Shown: positions 1-10,444 of the stretch, piece by piece
How positions within the stretch are numbered: the stretch's first letter is position 1
Layout: each line of letters opens with the position of its first letter
From: Gammaproteobacteria bacterium
Lineage (GTDB): Bacteria > Pseudomonadota > Gammaproteobacteria > UBA4575
Direction: 5' to 3'
DNA: 64,000 nucleotides
Assembly: GCA_965243395.1 (NCBI GenBank)
Contig: CBDEUS010000001.1
Coordinates: forward strand, 480,001 to 544,000
Position numbers and translations under genes: made by a program
Notes under the pieces: model-generated
What the model was told of the DNA's origin: nothing
The model's input: only the letters and a program-made list of their open reading frames with translations
Databases searched by the model: none

Positions 1-1
1 T

Positions 2-874
2 TTATTAAATGTTCCTTTTACCATTGCAGATGCTACGACACTTACTGAAGCAGGATATGTTGGTGAAGATGTAGAGAATATTATTCAAAAGTTATTACAA
101 AAGTGTGATTACGATGTAGACAAAGCACAAACTGGAATTGTTTACATAGATGAAATAGATAAGATTTCACGCAAGTCAGACAATCCATCGATTACCCGAG
201 ATGTTTCAGGCGAAGGTGTGCAACAAGCGTTGCTTAAATTAATTGAAGGAACGATCGCGTCGGTACCTCCGCAAGGTGGTAGAAAACATCCACAACAAGA
301 ATTTTTGCAAGTTGATACCAGTAATATTTTATTTATATGTGGTGGTGCATTCGCTGGATTAGATAAAGTTATTCGTGATCGAACTGAAAAAGGCGGTATT
401 GGTTTTTCTGCGGAAGTTCGCAGTAAAGAAGATGCCGAAAATATTGGTGAGATTTTGCATAATGTAGAACCGGAAGATTTAATTCGTTACGGACTTATTC
501 CTGAATTTGTTGGCCGCTTACCAGTCGTAGCAACATTAGAAGAACTTAACGAAGAAGCATTAGTACGTATTCTCACCGAACCTAAGAATGCCATTACAAA
601 ACAATATAAACGTTTGTTTGAAATGGAAGGCGTAGACATTGAATTCCGAGAAAATGCATTGTATGCAGTTGCACGTAAAGCGATGGATCGCAAAACAGGA
701 GCTCGGGGTTTGCGTACTATTTTAGAAAACGTATTGCTTGATACGATGTACGACCTGCCTTCACAGGACAGCATTAGCAAAGTGGTCGTAGACGAAGGTG
801 TGATTATGGGTGATTCCAAGCCTTACCTCATCTATGAGGGCAGCGAATACGAAAAGGCCGCTTCTGACGACTAG
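2..874 (+). CDS. clpX: ATP-dependent Clp protease ATP-binding subunit ClpX (5'-truncated by window edge)
   Basis: Frame is open from base 2 ([25 protein letters not shown]...DEIDKI...[17 protein letters not shown] loop, GARGLR); lies upstream of lon. Confidence 0.98.
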   Translation, partial: LLNVPFTIADATTLTEAGYVGEDVENIIQKLLQKCDYDVDKAQTGIVYIDEIDKISRKSDNPSITRDVSGEGVQQALLKLIEGTIASVPPQGGRKHPQQEFLQVDTSNILFICGGAFAGLDKVIRDRTEKGGIGFSAEVRSKEDAENIGEILHNVEPEDLIRYGLIPEFVGRLPVVATLEELNEEALVRILTEPKNAITKQYKRLFEMEGVDIEFRENALYAVARKAMDRKTGARGLRTILENVLLDTMYDLPSQDSISKVVVDEGVIMGDSKPYLIYEGSEYEKAASDD

Positions 875-938
875 GTGTTCAAAAATTGAGCAAATACCCC
901 TATTTAGCTCAATAATATGTACAGTCAGCCACGCTGGC

Positions 939-967
939 CTTGAATTGCCGGTGAAATATCCCCATAT
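939..967 (+). promoter_or_regulatory. sigma32 (RpoH) promoter of lon
   Basis: CTTGAA-N15-CCCCATAT, matching the sigma32 consensus, ~90 bp upstream of lon. Confidence 0.85.
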
Positions 968-1054
968 TTTGGGCAATCAGACAAATTTCTCTGAACTTCA
1001 CAATCAATCGATTTATCCAACTAAATCATGACCTCAGTTAGGTGAACTAGAAAT

Positions 1055-3505
1055 ATGAGCGAAGATTCAATATCAAAGGATGAAGTAACCATGTCGAATC
1101 AGACCGTACCGGTATTACCCCTGCGCGATGTTGTGGTGTATCCACACATGGTCATTCCTTTATTTGTTGGCCGTGAGAAATCCATTCAAGCATTGGATGC
1201 GGCAATGTCTGATAACAAACAAATTTTATTAGTTGCACAAAAAAGTGCTGATATTGATGATCCGCAAATCAATGAGATTCATCAAATAGGAACACTCTCA
1301 ACCATTTTGCAATTGCTTAAGTTACCTGATGGCACCATCAAAGTACTGGTAGAAGGCGTAGAACGTGCTGAAGTTAAAAATTATCTAGAAGATCAAGAGT
1401 TTTTTACAGCAGATATAACATTAATTGAAAATGATGAAGCTGAAGATGAAAAAGAACTTGAAGTACTTGCACGCTCGGTAACAAATTTATTTGAGCAATA
1501 TGTCAAGCTTAATAAGAAAGTACCACCAGAAGTATTAACTTCTTTAGCAGGTATCGATGAGCCTTCGCGTCTTGCGGATACCATTGCAGCACACATGTCA
1601 TTAAAGTTGGATGAAAAACAACATGTATTGGAAATTAGAACTGTACAACTGCGATTAGAACATCTGATTAGCTTAATTGAAGGCGAATTAGACGTTTTAC
1701 AAATCGAAAAACGTATTCGTGGTCGTGTAAAACAGCAAATGGAAAAATCTCAACGTGAGTACTATTTGAATGAGCAAATGAAAGCCATTCAAAAAGAACT
1801 TGGTGAGATGGAAGAAGCGCCTAATGAAGTAGACGAGCTTGCTGAAAAAATCGAAAAAGCTGGCATGTCTAAAGAGGCAAAAGAAAAAGCTGATGCTGAA
1901 CTGAATAAACTAAAAATGATGTCGCCTATGTCGGCTGAAGCGACAGTAGTGCGCAACTACATTGACTGGTTAGTAGGTGTTCCTTGGAAGAAAAAGTCTA
2001 AGGTACGAAATGATCTTGTAAAAGCAGAAGAAATTCTAGAAGAAGATCATTATGGTCTGGAAAAAGTTAAAGAACGTATTCTTGAATATTTAGCTGTCCA
2101 GCAACGTGTCAAGAAGTCTAAAGGACCTATTCTTTGCCTAGTAGGACCACCGGGTGTTGGTAAAACATCTATCGGTAAATCGATCGCGCGTGCAACGAAT
2201 CGCAAGTTTTCTCGCATGTCTTTGGGAGGTGTGCGCGATGAAGCTGAAATTCGTGGCCATCGCAGAACCTACATTGGTTCCTTGCCAGGCAAGATCATTC
2301 AGAATCTTTCCAAGGTGGGTGTGCGCAATCCATTATTTTTGTTAGATGAAATTGACAAAATGGCAATGGATTTTCGTGGAGACCCTGCTTCTGCAATGTT
2401 AGAAGTGTTAGACCCTGAACAAAACCATACCTTTGCTGATCATTATTTAGAAGTAGATTACGATCTATCTGATGTAATGTTTGTAGCTACAGCGAATACC
2501 TTAAATATTCCTGGACCATTGTTGGATCGTATGGAAGTGATTCGACTTCCCGGTTATACCGAAGACGAAAAGAAAAATATTGCTATCCGTTATCTTATTC
2601 CAAAGCAATTTAAAGCGAATGGTCTTAAAGAAGATGAGATTCTTATTTCGGAATCAACGGTGCGAGATATTATTCGATACTACACCCGCGAAGCAGGTGT
2701 GCGTAATTTGGAAAGAGAAATTTCTAAAATTTGTCGTAAGGTTGTTAAGTCTATTGTACTTAATAAAGATAAAACTAAAGACAAATCAAGAATTACGATT
2801 ACACCGAGAAGTTTAGAAAAATATCTTGGTGTAAAACGATTCCGTTATGGCTTGGCTGAAGATAACGATCAAGTGGGCCAAGTTACTGGCTTGGCTTGGA
2901 CCGAGGTTGGCGGTGAGCTGCTTACTATCGAGGCTGTTGTGGTCCCTGGTAAAGGTAAGACGAGTCGCACGGGTCAATTGGAAGATGTTATGCAGGAATC
3001 CATTCAGGTTGCGCATACTGTCGTACGAAGCCGATCTTCTGTTCTTGGTATTGACCAGGATTTCTATGAAAAAGCCGACATCCATATCCACGTTCCGGAA
3101 GGTGCAGTGAAAAAAGACGGTCCTAGCGCGGGTATCGGCATGACCACGGCAATCGTTTCATCGCTCACAAAAATACCTGTTCGTGCAGATGTTGCAATGA
3201 CGGGTGAAATTACTTTACGCGGTGAAGTGCTGCCCATTGGTGGTCTTAAAGAGAAACTTTTGGCCGCTCACCGAGGTGAAATTAAAACGGTTCTTATTCC
3301 TAAAGAGAATGAAAAAGATTTAAGTGAGATTCCGAAGAATATCAAGCAAAAGCTTGAAATCATTCCAGTTCAATGGATTGATGAAGTACTTCAAGTAGCG
3401 CTGGTAAAGATGCCAGAACCTCTGGATGATGCGGATACGGTCGATAGTATTACTGCAAAACGTAAAAAAACGACAGCAAAAAACAAGCCCGTACAGGCAC
3501 ATTAG
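1055..3505 (+). CDS. lon: Lon protease (endopeptidase La)
   Basis: [11 protein letters not shown]-domain, Walker [21 protein letters not shown] catalytic Ser, GGLKEK catalytic Lys. Confidence 0.99.
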   Translation: MSEDSISKDEVTMSNQTVPVLPLRDVVVYPHMVIPLFVGREKSIQALDAAMSDNKQILLVAQKSADIDDPQINEIHQIGTLSTILQLLKLPDGTIKVLVEGVERAEVKNYLEDQEFFTADITLIENDEAEDEKELEVLARSVTNLFEQYVKLNKKVPPEVLTSLAGIDEPSRLADTIAAHMSLKLDEKQHVLEIRTVQLRLEHLISLIEGELDVLQIEKRIRGRVKQQMEKSQREYYLNEQMKAIQKELGEMEEAPNEVDELAEKIEKAGMSKEAKEKADAELNKLKMMSPMSAEATVVRNYIDWLVGVPWKKKSKVRNDLVKAEEILEEDHYGLEKVKERILEYLAVQQRVKKSKGPILCLVGPPGVGKTSIGKSIARATNRKFSRMSLGGVRDEAEIRGHRRTYIGSLPGKIIQNLSKVGVRNPLFLLDEIDKMAMDFRGDPASAMLEVLDPEQNHTFADHYLEVDYDLSDVMFVATANTLNIPGPLLDRMEVIRLPGYTEDEKKNIAIRYLIPKQFKANGLKEDEILISESTVRDIIRYYTREAGVRNLEREISKICRKVVKSIVLNKDKTKDKSRITITPRSLEKYLGVKRFRYGLAEDNDQVGQVTGLAWTEVGGELLTIEAVVVPGKGKTSRTGQLEDVMQESIQVAHTVVRSRSSVLGIDQDFYEKADIHIHVPEGAVKKDGPSAGIGMTTAIVSSLTKIPVRADVAMTGEITLRGEVLPIGGLKEKLLAAHRGEIKTVLIPKENEKDLSEIPKNIKQKLEIIPVQWIDEVLQVALVKMPEPLDDADTVDSITAKRKKTTAKNKPVQAH

Positions 3506-3552
3506 TCGCAAACTCTCAAGTAAATTTGTTGTAAATAAAGGCGTTTCCGTAG

Positions 3553-3582
3553 TTGACTTGCTTCGGAAGCGCTTGGTATAAC
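3553..3582 (+). promoter_or_regulatory. Putative sigma70 promoter of hupB
   Basis: TTGACT-N18-TATAAC with a TG extension; the -35 box and spacer lie within an imperfect inverted repeat (GCGTTTCCG...CGGAAGCGC) downstream of lon. Confidence 0.55.
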
Positions 3583-3756
3583 ATCTGCGTTTAATGATCT
3601 AAACAACTACGCGATCAACATCAACATACAACGACCAAACTTGTTCTTTTCTGCCCATCTCGTGTGGTGTGAGATTATCGAACTAATGTCTCTACAATTT
3701 ATTTCAACGTACAGCCTTAACAGGTTGTATCAACCTATATAGGGGAGCATGGCTCA

Positions 3757-4029
3757 ATGAATAAATCGGAACTTGCAGACGCCGTAGCAGCAGCGGCAGA
3801 TCTTTCTAAAGCAGATGGTGCCAGAGCACTGGATGCAGTTATAGATTCCATCACCAATGCGCTTAAAAGCGGTGATACTGTCTCACTCGTAGGTTTTGGA
3901 ACCTTTCAGGTGAAACAGCGTAATGCGCGCCAAGGCCGTAACCCTCGTACGGGCGAAACAATCCAAATCGCGGCCTCTAAAGTACCTAGTTTCAAAGCTG
4001 GCAAAGGCCTAAAGGATGCCGTAAACTAG
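3757..4029 (+). CDS. hupB: DNA-binding protein HU
   Basis: MNKSEL...GFGTF...GRNPRTGE...[12 protein letters not shown]; lon-hupB-tRNA-ppiD synteny. Confidence 0.97.
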   Translation: MNKSELADAVAAAADLSKADGARALDAVIDSITNALKSGDTVSLVGFGTFQVKQRNARQGRNPRTGETIQIAASKVPSFKAGKGLKDAVN

Positions 4030-4040
4030 CGCGCCTTTTG

Positions 4041-4116
4041 GGGTGCTTAGCTCAGCTGGTAGAGCGTCGCCCTTACAAGGCGGATGTCGGGGGTTCGAAT
4101 CCCTCAGCACCCACCA
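4041..4116 (+). tRNA. tRNA-Val(TAC)
   Basis: 76-nt cloverleaf, anticodon loop CTTACAA, GGTTCGAATCC T-arm, encoded CCA. Confidence 0.97.
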
Positions 4117-4124
4117 AGCATGAC

Positions 4125-4201
4125 GGAGTGGTAGTTCAGCTGGTTAGAATACCGGCCTGTCACGCCGGGGGTCGCGGGTTCGAATCCCGTCCACTCCGCC
4201 A
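4125..4201 (+). tRNA. tRNA-Asp(GTC)
   Basis: 77-nt cloverleaf GGAGTGG/CCACTCC, anticodon loop CTGTCAC, encoded CCA. Confidence 0.97.
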
Positions 4202-4302
4202 TTTATTTCCCGAAAAATAAATAGCGCACGAAGCTATGCATAACTGAAGCGTACAAATGGAAAAAAGTTGAACGGTAAGAAGTACTAAAGAAAAACTAAA
4301 TC

Positions 4303-6228
4303 ATGCTTCAAGATATTCGAGATCGAGCCACGAGCTGGGTGGCTTACATTATTATTGGCTTACTAATATTGTCGTTTGCGTTATGGGGCATAGGGGAATA
4401 TTTTGGTGGCGGTCCTGCTCGACCCGTTGCCACTGTAAATGGCAATGACATCACCTCGCAACAATTTAATCAGCAAGTTCAGCAGCGTAAGCAAGTATTG
4501 CAATCTATTCTCGGTGAAAATTACCAGCAACAATATCCGGATGAAAGCATTGTGCGCCAACAGGTTATTCAAGACATGGTGCGCACTGAATTGTTACGAC
4601 AGGAAGTGAATGATGCGGGTTTTGAAATTAGCGATGCAAATCTTGTTAGACGTATTCAGCAAATTCCACAATTCCAACAAGATGGAAAATTTGATCCTGA
4701 GCTCTATAGACGCTTATTAGAATCACAACGATTGAACAAAGCGCAGTGGGAAAATGAGTTGCGCGAGCAAGATAAACTAAATCAGTTTGAAAATACGGTT
4801 GCAGCTTCATCCTTTATCCCCAAAGCAGAATTACAACGCTTTCAGTCTATTTCAGAACAAACACGCGATTTCAAATATGCCTTAGTAAGCGTGCAGACTG
4901 ATAATGTAAGCGTCTCTGATGATGAAATAGAAAAATACTTCGAAGAAAACAAACAGTTCTATCAAACTCCTGAACAAATCAAATTTTCATATATTGAATT
5001 AAAAGAACAGGATATTGCAGATAGTACAAATGTAAGTGATGAAGATGCGAAACAAATTTATGAATCGCAGCTTGAGCGTTATATGTCTGCAGAATTACGC
5101 AAAGCACGTCATATCATGTTTAAAGTTCCAACAGAGCTTGGCGCAGACGCTCTGGAGTGGGATGAAGCCATGGAAAAGGCCAATGATCTGGTCCAGCAAC
5201 TAAAGGACGGTGCTGATTTTACGGAGCTCGCCAAACAATATTCTGAAGATACCCTGTCTGCCGAAAAAGGTGGTGATATGGGCTTCATCGCCCCGGGAGA
5301 TTTCACCAACAAAGGGCTAGAGGATGCGTTGTTTGCACTTGAAGTAGGTGAAAACAGCAAGGCAATACGTACCGAGCAGGGAGTGCAGATTTTACAGCTC
5401 ACCGAGATCCAGGAATCTGAACAGGAATCTTTTGAATCAGTGCGTGAAAAAATCATTAACGAACGTAAGAGCCAGATTGCACAAGAACGTTTCATTGAGG
5501 TTGCAGATGAAATTGCAAATTTAGTCGTTGAGCAACCTGATGATCTACAGGAAGCATCGGAAAGTTTTGATTTGAGCATTAAACAAACCGGGTTTTTAAA
5601 CTCTGGTAGTAATGATGAAATCTTTGCTTATCCTAAAATCAAAAATGTCGCTTTTTCTAATGATATTCTGGTTGAAAGACTCAACAGTGATCTTATTCAA
5701 GTCGCTGATGGTCATGTCATTGCGTTTCGCGTGTCCGAACATAAAGAATCTGAACAAAAGCCACTGGCTGATGTAAAAAATGATATTCAAACATTGTTAA
5801 GTGTGCGCAAAGCGGCAGATAACGCATCTAAGCAAGGTTCAGAACTGTTTCTAAAACTCAAAGGCGGGGCAAGTCTGGATGCACTTGCAAGTGAAAATGA
5901 TTTAGAAATAATCAGTCATGGCTCAATTCGTCGTGATGATAATCGTGTGCCTTTTCAGATTAGTGATCGTGCATTTTCATTAGAGAAGCCAGCAGAGGGT
6001 AAAACCAGTGTGGATGGTGTCGCTCAACCTGATGGAAGTTATGCGCTTATTGAATTAAGTGCTGTCACACCGGGATCTACAGAAGTGGATGACACGCAAA
6101 TGCAACAACTTTCTCAACGTGTGAATTATGGGCGCCGGGAGTTTTCCGCAATTATTGATGCCATTCAAGAAAATGGCGATGTAGTCATTTATGAAAGTCA
6201 GGTGTCAGAGTCGAGTGCTAATTATTAG
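4303..6228 (+). CDS. ppiD: Periplasmic chaperone/peptidyl-prolyl isomerase PpiD
   Basis: N-terminal TM, SurA-like N domain, parvulin motifs (ARHI, FTELAKQYSED, GGDMG); synteny. Confidence 0.92.
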   Translation: MLQDIRDRATSWVAYIIIGLLILSFALWGIGEYFGGGPARPVATVNGNDITSQQFNQQVQQRKQVLQSILGENYQQQYPDESIVRQQVIQDMVRTELLRQEVNDAGFEISDANLVRRIQQIPQFQQDGKFDPELYRRLLESQRLNKAQWENELREQDKLNQFENTVAASSFIPKAELQRFQSISEQTRDFKYALVSVQTDNVSVSDDEIEKYFEENKQFYQTPEQIKFSYIELKEQDIADSTNVSDEDAKQIYESQLERYMSAELRKARHIMFKVPTELGADALEWDEAMEKANDLVQQLKDGADFTELAKQYSEDTLSAEKGGDMGFIAPGDFTNKGLEDALFALEVGENSKAIRTEQGVQILQLTEIQESEQESFESVREKIINERKSQIAQERFIEVADEIANLVVEQPDDLQEASESFDLSIKQTGFLNSGSNDEIFAYPKIKNVAFSNDILVERLNSDLIQVADGHVIAFRVSEHKESEQKPLADVKNDIQTLLSVRKAADNASKQGSELFLKLKGGASLDALASENDLEIISHGSIRRDDNRVPFQISDRAFSLEKPAEGKTSVDGVAQPDGSYALIELSAVTPGSTEVDDTQMQQLSQRVNYGRREFSAIIDAIQENGDVVIYESQVSESSANY

Positions 6229-6316
6229 CCGGAATTAATCCTCAATTTATTTATTCTACAAAGAATGAATAAATTAATTTTCTCTATCCTTACTAAGTAA
6301 AGTATACTAGCGCCCC

Positions 6317-7582
6317 ATGCAGCTTAAGCTACATTGGCAAATTCTTATTGCACTGTTGCTAGCAGTGTTGGTTGGTTGGCTGGTCAGTCCTGATACCAGT
6401 TTCCTGGGTGTTTCTTTAGTTTCCGTTTTTGATTTTGTAGGCAAGCTTTTTCTCAATGCCTTGAAGATGATCATCGTGCCGTTGATTGTTTCCTCCATCA
6501 TTATGGGAGTGAGCAATTTAGGTTCAGGTGAATCCTTTGGGCGTTTAGGTGGAAAAACGCTTGGTTATTATGTGGTGACGAGCACCTTCGCGATTTTAGT
6601 TGGCATTACTGTAGTCAATATCATTCAACCAGGCATCGTAGATGGTGAACCTGCGAAAGACATGTTGGGATTGAGTACAGATACCAGTGAAGTTATGCAA
6701 AAAGTAGAAGGTAAATCTGCAGGAGACGTTGTCGGTATATTCTTGCGCATGATCCCAACCAACGTTGTGCATGCTGCGGCTCAAGGACAAATGCTCGGGA
6801 TTATCTTTTTCAGCTTATTGTTTGGTTTCTTCATGACCAAAATTAAAATGGATTTGGGGAACACCTTAAGAGGTTTTTGGGAAGGTGTGTTTGAAGTGAT
6901 GATGCTCATTACAGATTTGGTAATGAAGTTTGCGCCTATCGGAGTGTTTGCATTGGTGGCAAAAGTGGTTACCGTTTCAGGCTTTGACGCGTTTAAGCCA
7001 TTGCTGACATTTTTCTTTACCGTCATTATCGCGTTGCTCATTCACATTGTTATTATCATGCCGTTGTTACTACGTTTTGTAGGCAGAGTAAGCCCGCTCA
7101 AGCACTATCAAGCCATGGCACCGGCATTACTCACGGCATTTTCTACTGCATCATCTTCTGCGACCTTACCCGTTACTATGGATTGTGTTGAAGACCGTGC
7201 AGGTGTATCCAACCGCGTAACCAGTTTTGTTTTGCCATTGGGCGCTACGGTTAATATGGATGGTACGGCTTTGTATGAATGTGTGGCTGCAATTTTTATT
7301 GCACAAGCCTATGGGTTGGATTTAACACTTGGTACTCAAGTGACAATTGTTATTCTTGCACTGATGACATCCATTGGTGTTGCAGGTATTCCTTCCGCAA
7401 GTTTAGTCGCAATTGCCATCATATTAGCTGCCATTGGTTTACCAGCAGAAGGTATCGGTTTAATTTTGGCAGTCGATAGGGTGTTGGATATGTGCAGAAC
7501 CGCAGTGAACGTGTTCAGTGATTCATGTGGTGCAGTTATTATTGGGCGCACAGAAGGAGAGAAGGGTATTCTCCAAGCTTAG
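6317..7582 (+). CDS. Dicarboxylate/amino acid:cation symporter (DAACS, GltP/GltT-like)
   Basis: FSTASSSATLP, PLGATVNMDGTA, AVDRVLDMCRTAVNV signature motifs. Confidence 0.93.
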   Translation: MQLKLHWQILIALLLAVLVGWLVSPDTSFLGVSLVSVFDFVGKLFLNALKMIIVPLIVSSIIMGVSNLGSGESFGRLGGKTLGYYVVTSTFAILVGITVVNIIQPGIVDGEPAKDMLGLSTDTSEVMQKVEGKSAGDVVGIFLRMIPTNVVHAAAQGQMLGIIFFSLLFGFFMTKIKMDLGNTLRGFWEGVFEVMMLITDLVMKFAPIGVFALVAKVVTVSGFDAFKPLLTFFFTVIIALLIHIVIIMPLLLRFVGRVSPLKHYQAMAPALLTAFSTASSSATLPVTMDCVEDRAGVSNRVTSFVLPLGATVNMDGTALYECVAAIFIAQAYGLDLTLGTQVTIVILALMTSIGVAGIPSASLVAIAIILAAIGLPAEGIGLILAVDRVLDMCRTAVNVFSDSCGAVIIGRTEGEKGILQA

Positions 7583-7648
7583 GTTGCAGGTTGGTTTCTA
7601 AATAGCAGTGTTTTACTACTAAATCCAGTTTATTAGTTATACTTAAAA

Positions 7649-8371
7649 GTGAAACCAACAATCGTCTTACTGCCTGGCTTTGATGGTTCAGGGCGTTTGT
7701 TCTCACCACTTCATAAAGAATTATCTGAATCTGTTAATACAATTGTTCTTTCTTATCCAAGTGATAAGGTCATGACGTATTATGATTTGTGTCATTACTT
7801 AAAAAATGAGTTACCGGATTCACCTTATGTCATTTTAGGTGAATCTTTTGGTGGGCCGTTGGCCTTGATGCTTTCAAAACATGCAGGAGAAAACTTAAAA
7901 GGCATTATTTTGTGTGTCTCGTTTGTGAAAAACCCTCAAGTGTTATTCTCGAAGTTTATCCGACCCTTTCTAAAACCAAAGCACTTGCAAAAAGAAACAC
8001 CCGCCGTGTATATCAAAACCATGCTCACTAATGGTGTAGCGGATGCGAAACTGATTAAAAATATTCAGGCTGCCACGCGTGAATTAACGCGTGATGTGTA
8101 TTTTTATCGGCTACGAGAAATTGCAGATGTAGACGTAACCGATATTCTGGAAAAATGTGAGTTACCTATTTTATATCTTCGAGCAAAAAAAGATCGCTTG
8201 GTATATGAAAGCTCCATGAAATGGATTCAAGAAAAGGGAAAAAACGTAGCAGTTGAATATTTCGATGCGCCACACATGTTGCTACAAACTCAACCCAAGC
8301 AAGCAGCTAGGGTTATTCAAAAGTTTTTGGGTGAATGTATAAAAGATAAAAGGGCCAACTTAATGAGTTAG
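7649..8371 (+). CDS. Alpha/beta fold hydrolase
   Basis: LLPGFDG oxyanion region, GESFG nucleophile elbow, C-terminal His (APHML). Confidence 0.8.
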   Translation: MKPTIVLLPGFDGSGRLFSPLHKELSESVNTIVLSYPSDKVMTYYDLCHYLKNELPDSPYVILGESFGGPLALMLSKHAGENLKGIILCVSFVKNPQVLFSKFIRPFLKPKHLQKETPAVYIKTMLTNGVADAKLIKNIQAATRELTRDVYFYRLREIADVDVTDILEKCELPILYLRAKKDRLVYESSMKWIQEKGKNVAVEYFDAPHMLLQTQPKQAARVIQKFLGECIKDKRANLMS

Positions 8372-8380
8372 CCCTTATTA
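8348..8380 (-). terminator. Intrinsic terminator between convergent genes
   Basis: Minus strand GGGCTAACT-CATTA-AGTTGGCCC followed by TTTTAT. Confidence 0.7.
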
Positions 8381-8400
8381 TCCTCGCTTGCTAGTTTAGG

Positions 8401-8880
8401 TTACTCAATAGATCGCATATGTCGATGCCTCACATCATCATGCTGCATCATTTGTTCCATCATCTTATGCATGGTCTCCATGCGATGCTCCATACGATCC
8501 AGACGAGCATGTTCATCCATCTTTCCTTTGACTTGCTCATCGCTTTTATTTCCTCTGTGCATCATACCCATTCTTCCATTACCGTCTCTACCATGCATCA
8601 TACGCATGCCTTCATGCATGCTTTGACGATGCGCCTGCATGAGTATCCTGCGTTTTTCAGGGTCTTTTTCTGCATGAATAGCTTGCATTTGAGCATGCAT
8701 TGCCTCCATATGATTACTCATCTCTTCAGAATCCCAAGAACCCATTCGGCATCCCTGACGATATGAATCAGACTGTTTTTCATCTCTATCATCTTCTGAT
8801 GCATATACGGTTAATGTAGCTGCGGACAATGCACTGATGGAAAATATTAGAACTGCTATCGTTAATTTTTTCATCTTCAT
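8401..8880 (-). CDS. Secreted Met/His-rich hypothetical protein (possible metal-binding)
   Basis: Sec-type signal peptide; about 24 Met and 13 His in 159 aa; has its own FNR box and terminator. Confidence 0.8.
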   Translation of the reverse strand: MKMKKLTIAVLIFSISALSAATLTVYASEDDRDEKQSDSYRQGCRMGSWDSEEMSNHMEAMHAQMQAIHAEKDPEKRRILMQAHRQSMHEGMRMMHGRDGNGRMGMMHRGNKSDEQVKGKMDEHARLDRMEHRMETMHKMMEQMMQHDDVRHRHMRSIE

Positions 8881-8935
8881 CTATTCCACATGATTTAGTA
8901 ATGGTTCATGTTTGCATTTCCCATAACGGATTCGC

Positions 8936-8949
8936 TTGATGTAAATCAA
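8936..8949. promoter_or_regulatory. FNR/Anr/Dnr-type binding site
   Basis: Perfect TTGAT-GTAA-ATCAA about 55 bp upstream of the Met/His-rich gene. Confidence 0.75.
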
Positions 8950-9001
8950 AAAAATTACGTTTATTCGTATCTACGAAAAATTAGAGAAATTTAAAGCTTT
9001 A

Positions 9002-9328
9002 CTACGAAAAAATGATAGTAAGCAGAATGACGGAGTCTTCAACGGCTTTCACCGAATGGGGTTCACCCGGCATAAGGTGTATTAATTGATCGTAATTAAT
9101 TTCCTGCGTAAGTCCCATTGCTGTTATAGCTATTTTTCCGGCAATACAATGTATGGTTATAGGGCCAACCACTTTGTGATTGGGAATACCTTTGCCGGAA
9201 GGCAACACCATTCTAATCAACTCCATTTCGTCTGTTTTGACAATGGCTTTAGTATGTTCTTGGGGTAAGTCTGCAGCCCACGTTTGTAAGTCTACAACTT
9301 CACCCGGTTCTGCATGGTGTGTTGCCAT
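9002..9328 (-). CDS. Cupin domain protein
   Basis: IPNHKVVGPITIHCIAG and GEPHSVKA cupin motifs. Confidence 0.8.
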   Translation of the reverse strand: MATHHAEPGEVVDLQTWAADLPQEHTKAIVKTDEMELIRMVLPSGKGIPNHKVVGPITIHCIAGKIAITAMGLTQEINYDQLIHLMPGEPHSVKAVEDSVILLTIIFS

Positions 9329-9362
9329 ACGCTTTAGTGTACGCCTGTTTTAGTCTTTTACA

Positions 9363-9376
9363 TTGATTTAAATCAG
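9363..9376. promoter_or_regulatory. FNR-type binding site between divergent genes
   Basis: TTGAT-TTAA-ATCAG (1 mismatch); -10 boxes on both sides: TACACT (minus, 9336-9341) and TATAGT (plus, 9397-9402). Confidence 0.65.
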
Positions 9377-9440
9377 AATGCCCCAATACTAATAAATATA
9401 GTATTTAAAGTTCATTAAATTTGTAATGTAGGAGATGGTT

Positions 9441-9806
9441 ATGTTTGAAGTAGTGAGAAATGGTACGAATCGACTGGACATCAACTTTGGCGGGAAACTT
9501 GGCAAAGATGAGATGAAAGTTGCTCTGGATGAACTTTTTAATAGTGGGAAAGACATCGAAAATGGTCGGATGTTATATCGCATAGATGATTTTGAGCTGC
9601 CAACCTTGGGTGCGATGGGTGTTGAATTTTCACGCCTGCCTGAAGCATTCAGATTTATTAAGAAATTTGATCGTGCTGCGGTATTAGTCGATAAAAAATG
9701 GGTTAAGAAAGCAAGTGAAATTGAAGGTGCGCTCATCCCGGGTTTAAAAATTAAAGCATTTGATTTAGATCAAGAGCCTGAAGCTGAGGCATGGCTTGCA
9801 AGTTAG
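9441..9806 (+). CDS. STAS/SEC14 (SpoIIAA-like) domain protein
   Basis: GKLGKDEM...KFDRAAVLVDKKWV...IKAFD...EAEAWL pattern; GGAG RBS 6 nt before ATG 9441. Confidence 0.75.
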   Translation: MFEVVRNGTNRLDINFGGKLGKDEMKVALDELFNSGKDIENGRMLYRIDDFELPTLGAMGVEFSRLPEAFRFIKKFDRAAVLVDKKWVKKASEIEGALIPGLKIKAFDLDQEPEAEAWLAS

Positions 9807-9815
9807 TGAAACTTA

Positions 9816-10022
9816 ATGAAGCAGGGAATTGTTGGGTATCATTTGGATGAAGAGGATCACTGGGTTGCAGAATTGGAGTGTGGCCATTTTCAGCATGTTC
9901 GTCATAACCCACCCATGGTAATTCGTCCTTGGGTGTTAACAAAAGAAGGGCGTGAAGAAATGTTGGGCTATAGGCTTGAATGCAAAAAGTGCGATGCAGG
10001 TGCACCCAGAGATTCACAATAA
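9816..10022 (+). CDS. DUF3565-like small Cys/His protein
   Basis: DEEDHWVAELECGHFQHVRHNPP...RPWV...CKKC pattern. Confidence 0.75.
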   Translation: MKQGIVGYHLDEEDHWVAELECGHFQHVRHNPPMVIRPWVLTKEGREEMLGYRLECKKCDAGAPRDSQ

Positions 10023-10025
10023 TAT

Positions 10026-10343
10026 TTAAGGTAGCTGCATAATCTCCGCAACTTCGATTGTTGCAGTTTCCATGTTTAGAAAAGGGCAGGTCTTTGCAAT
10101 CTCAAGCACGACATCCATGCTTTCGGCTTTTATAACGGAATAACCCATTAGTGGATTTGCACCACCGTGGTCTTCCACCCCATCAATACTTACAGTTTTG
10201 GACATACCAACCGGTGATCCGGGATTAATCATTTGATCGCCAAGGTCTGCGATCCATTTATTCCATTTTTCCATTTCTTTGGCACCTTCTTCAGGGGATT
10301 CCGGTGCTTTCCCGCCATGATAAGCAAATATATATTCAGGCAT
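10026..10343 (-). CDS. YciI-like (YCII-related) protein
   Basis: MEKWNKWI...GYSVIKAES...IAKTCP...IEVAE pattern; strong RBS AGAGGAGG. Confidence 0.75.
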   Translation of the reverse strand: MPEYIFAYHGGKAPESPEEGAKEMEKWNKWIADLGDQMINPGSPVGMSKTVSIDGVEDHGGANPLMGYSVIKAESMDVVLEIAKTCPFLNMETATIEVAEIMQLP

Positions 10344-10444
10344 GGTAATTCCTCCTCTTTTAATTATATTTTAGTATTTACTATAGTACTCTTTTATTAA
10401 TTTTCAATTACGAACTCAATTTTATTCTTCTATTTTATTCCTCT

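Noticed and set aside
4038-4220. 60-aa ORF after hupB
   Set aside because: It is a translation of the tRNA-Val and tRNA-Asp genes
5109-5579. 156-aa antisense ORF in ppiD, and the many other antisense or alternate-frame ORFs inside lon, dnaK, carB, ftsH and nuo genes
   Set aside because: Shadow ORFs of well-conserved genes, with no recognisable motifs
8419-8766. His-rich plus-strand ORF
   Set aside because: Antisense mirror of the Met (ATG to CAT) codons of the minus-strand gene, which has the signal peptide, FNR box and terminator
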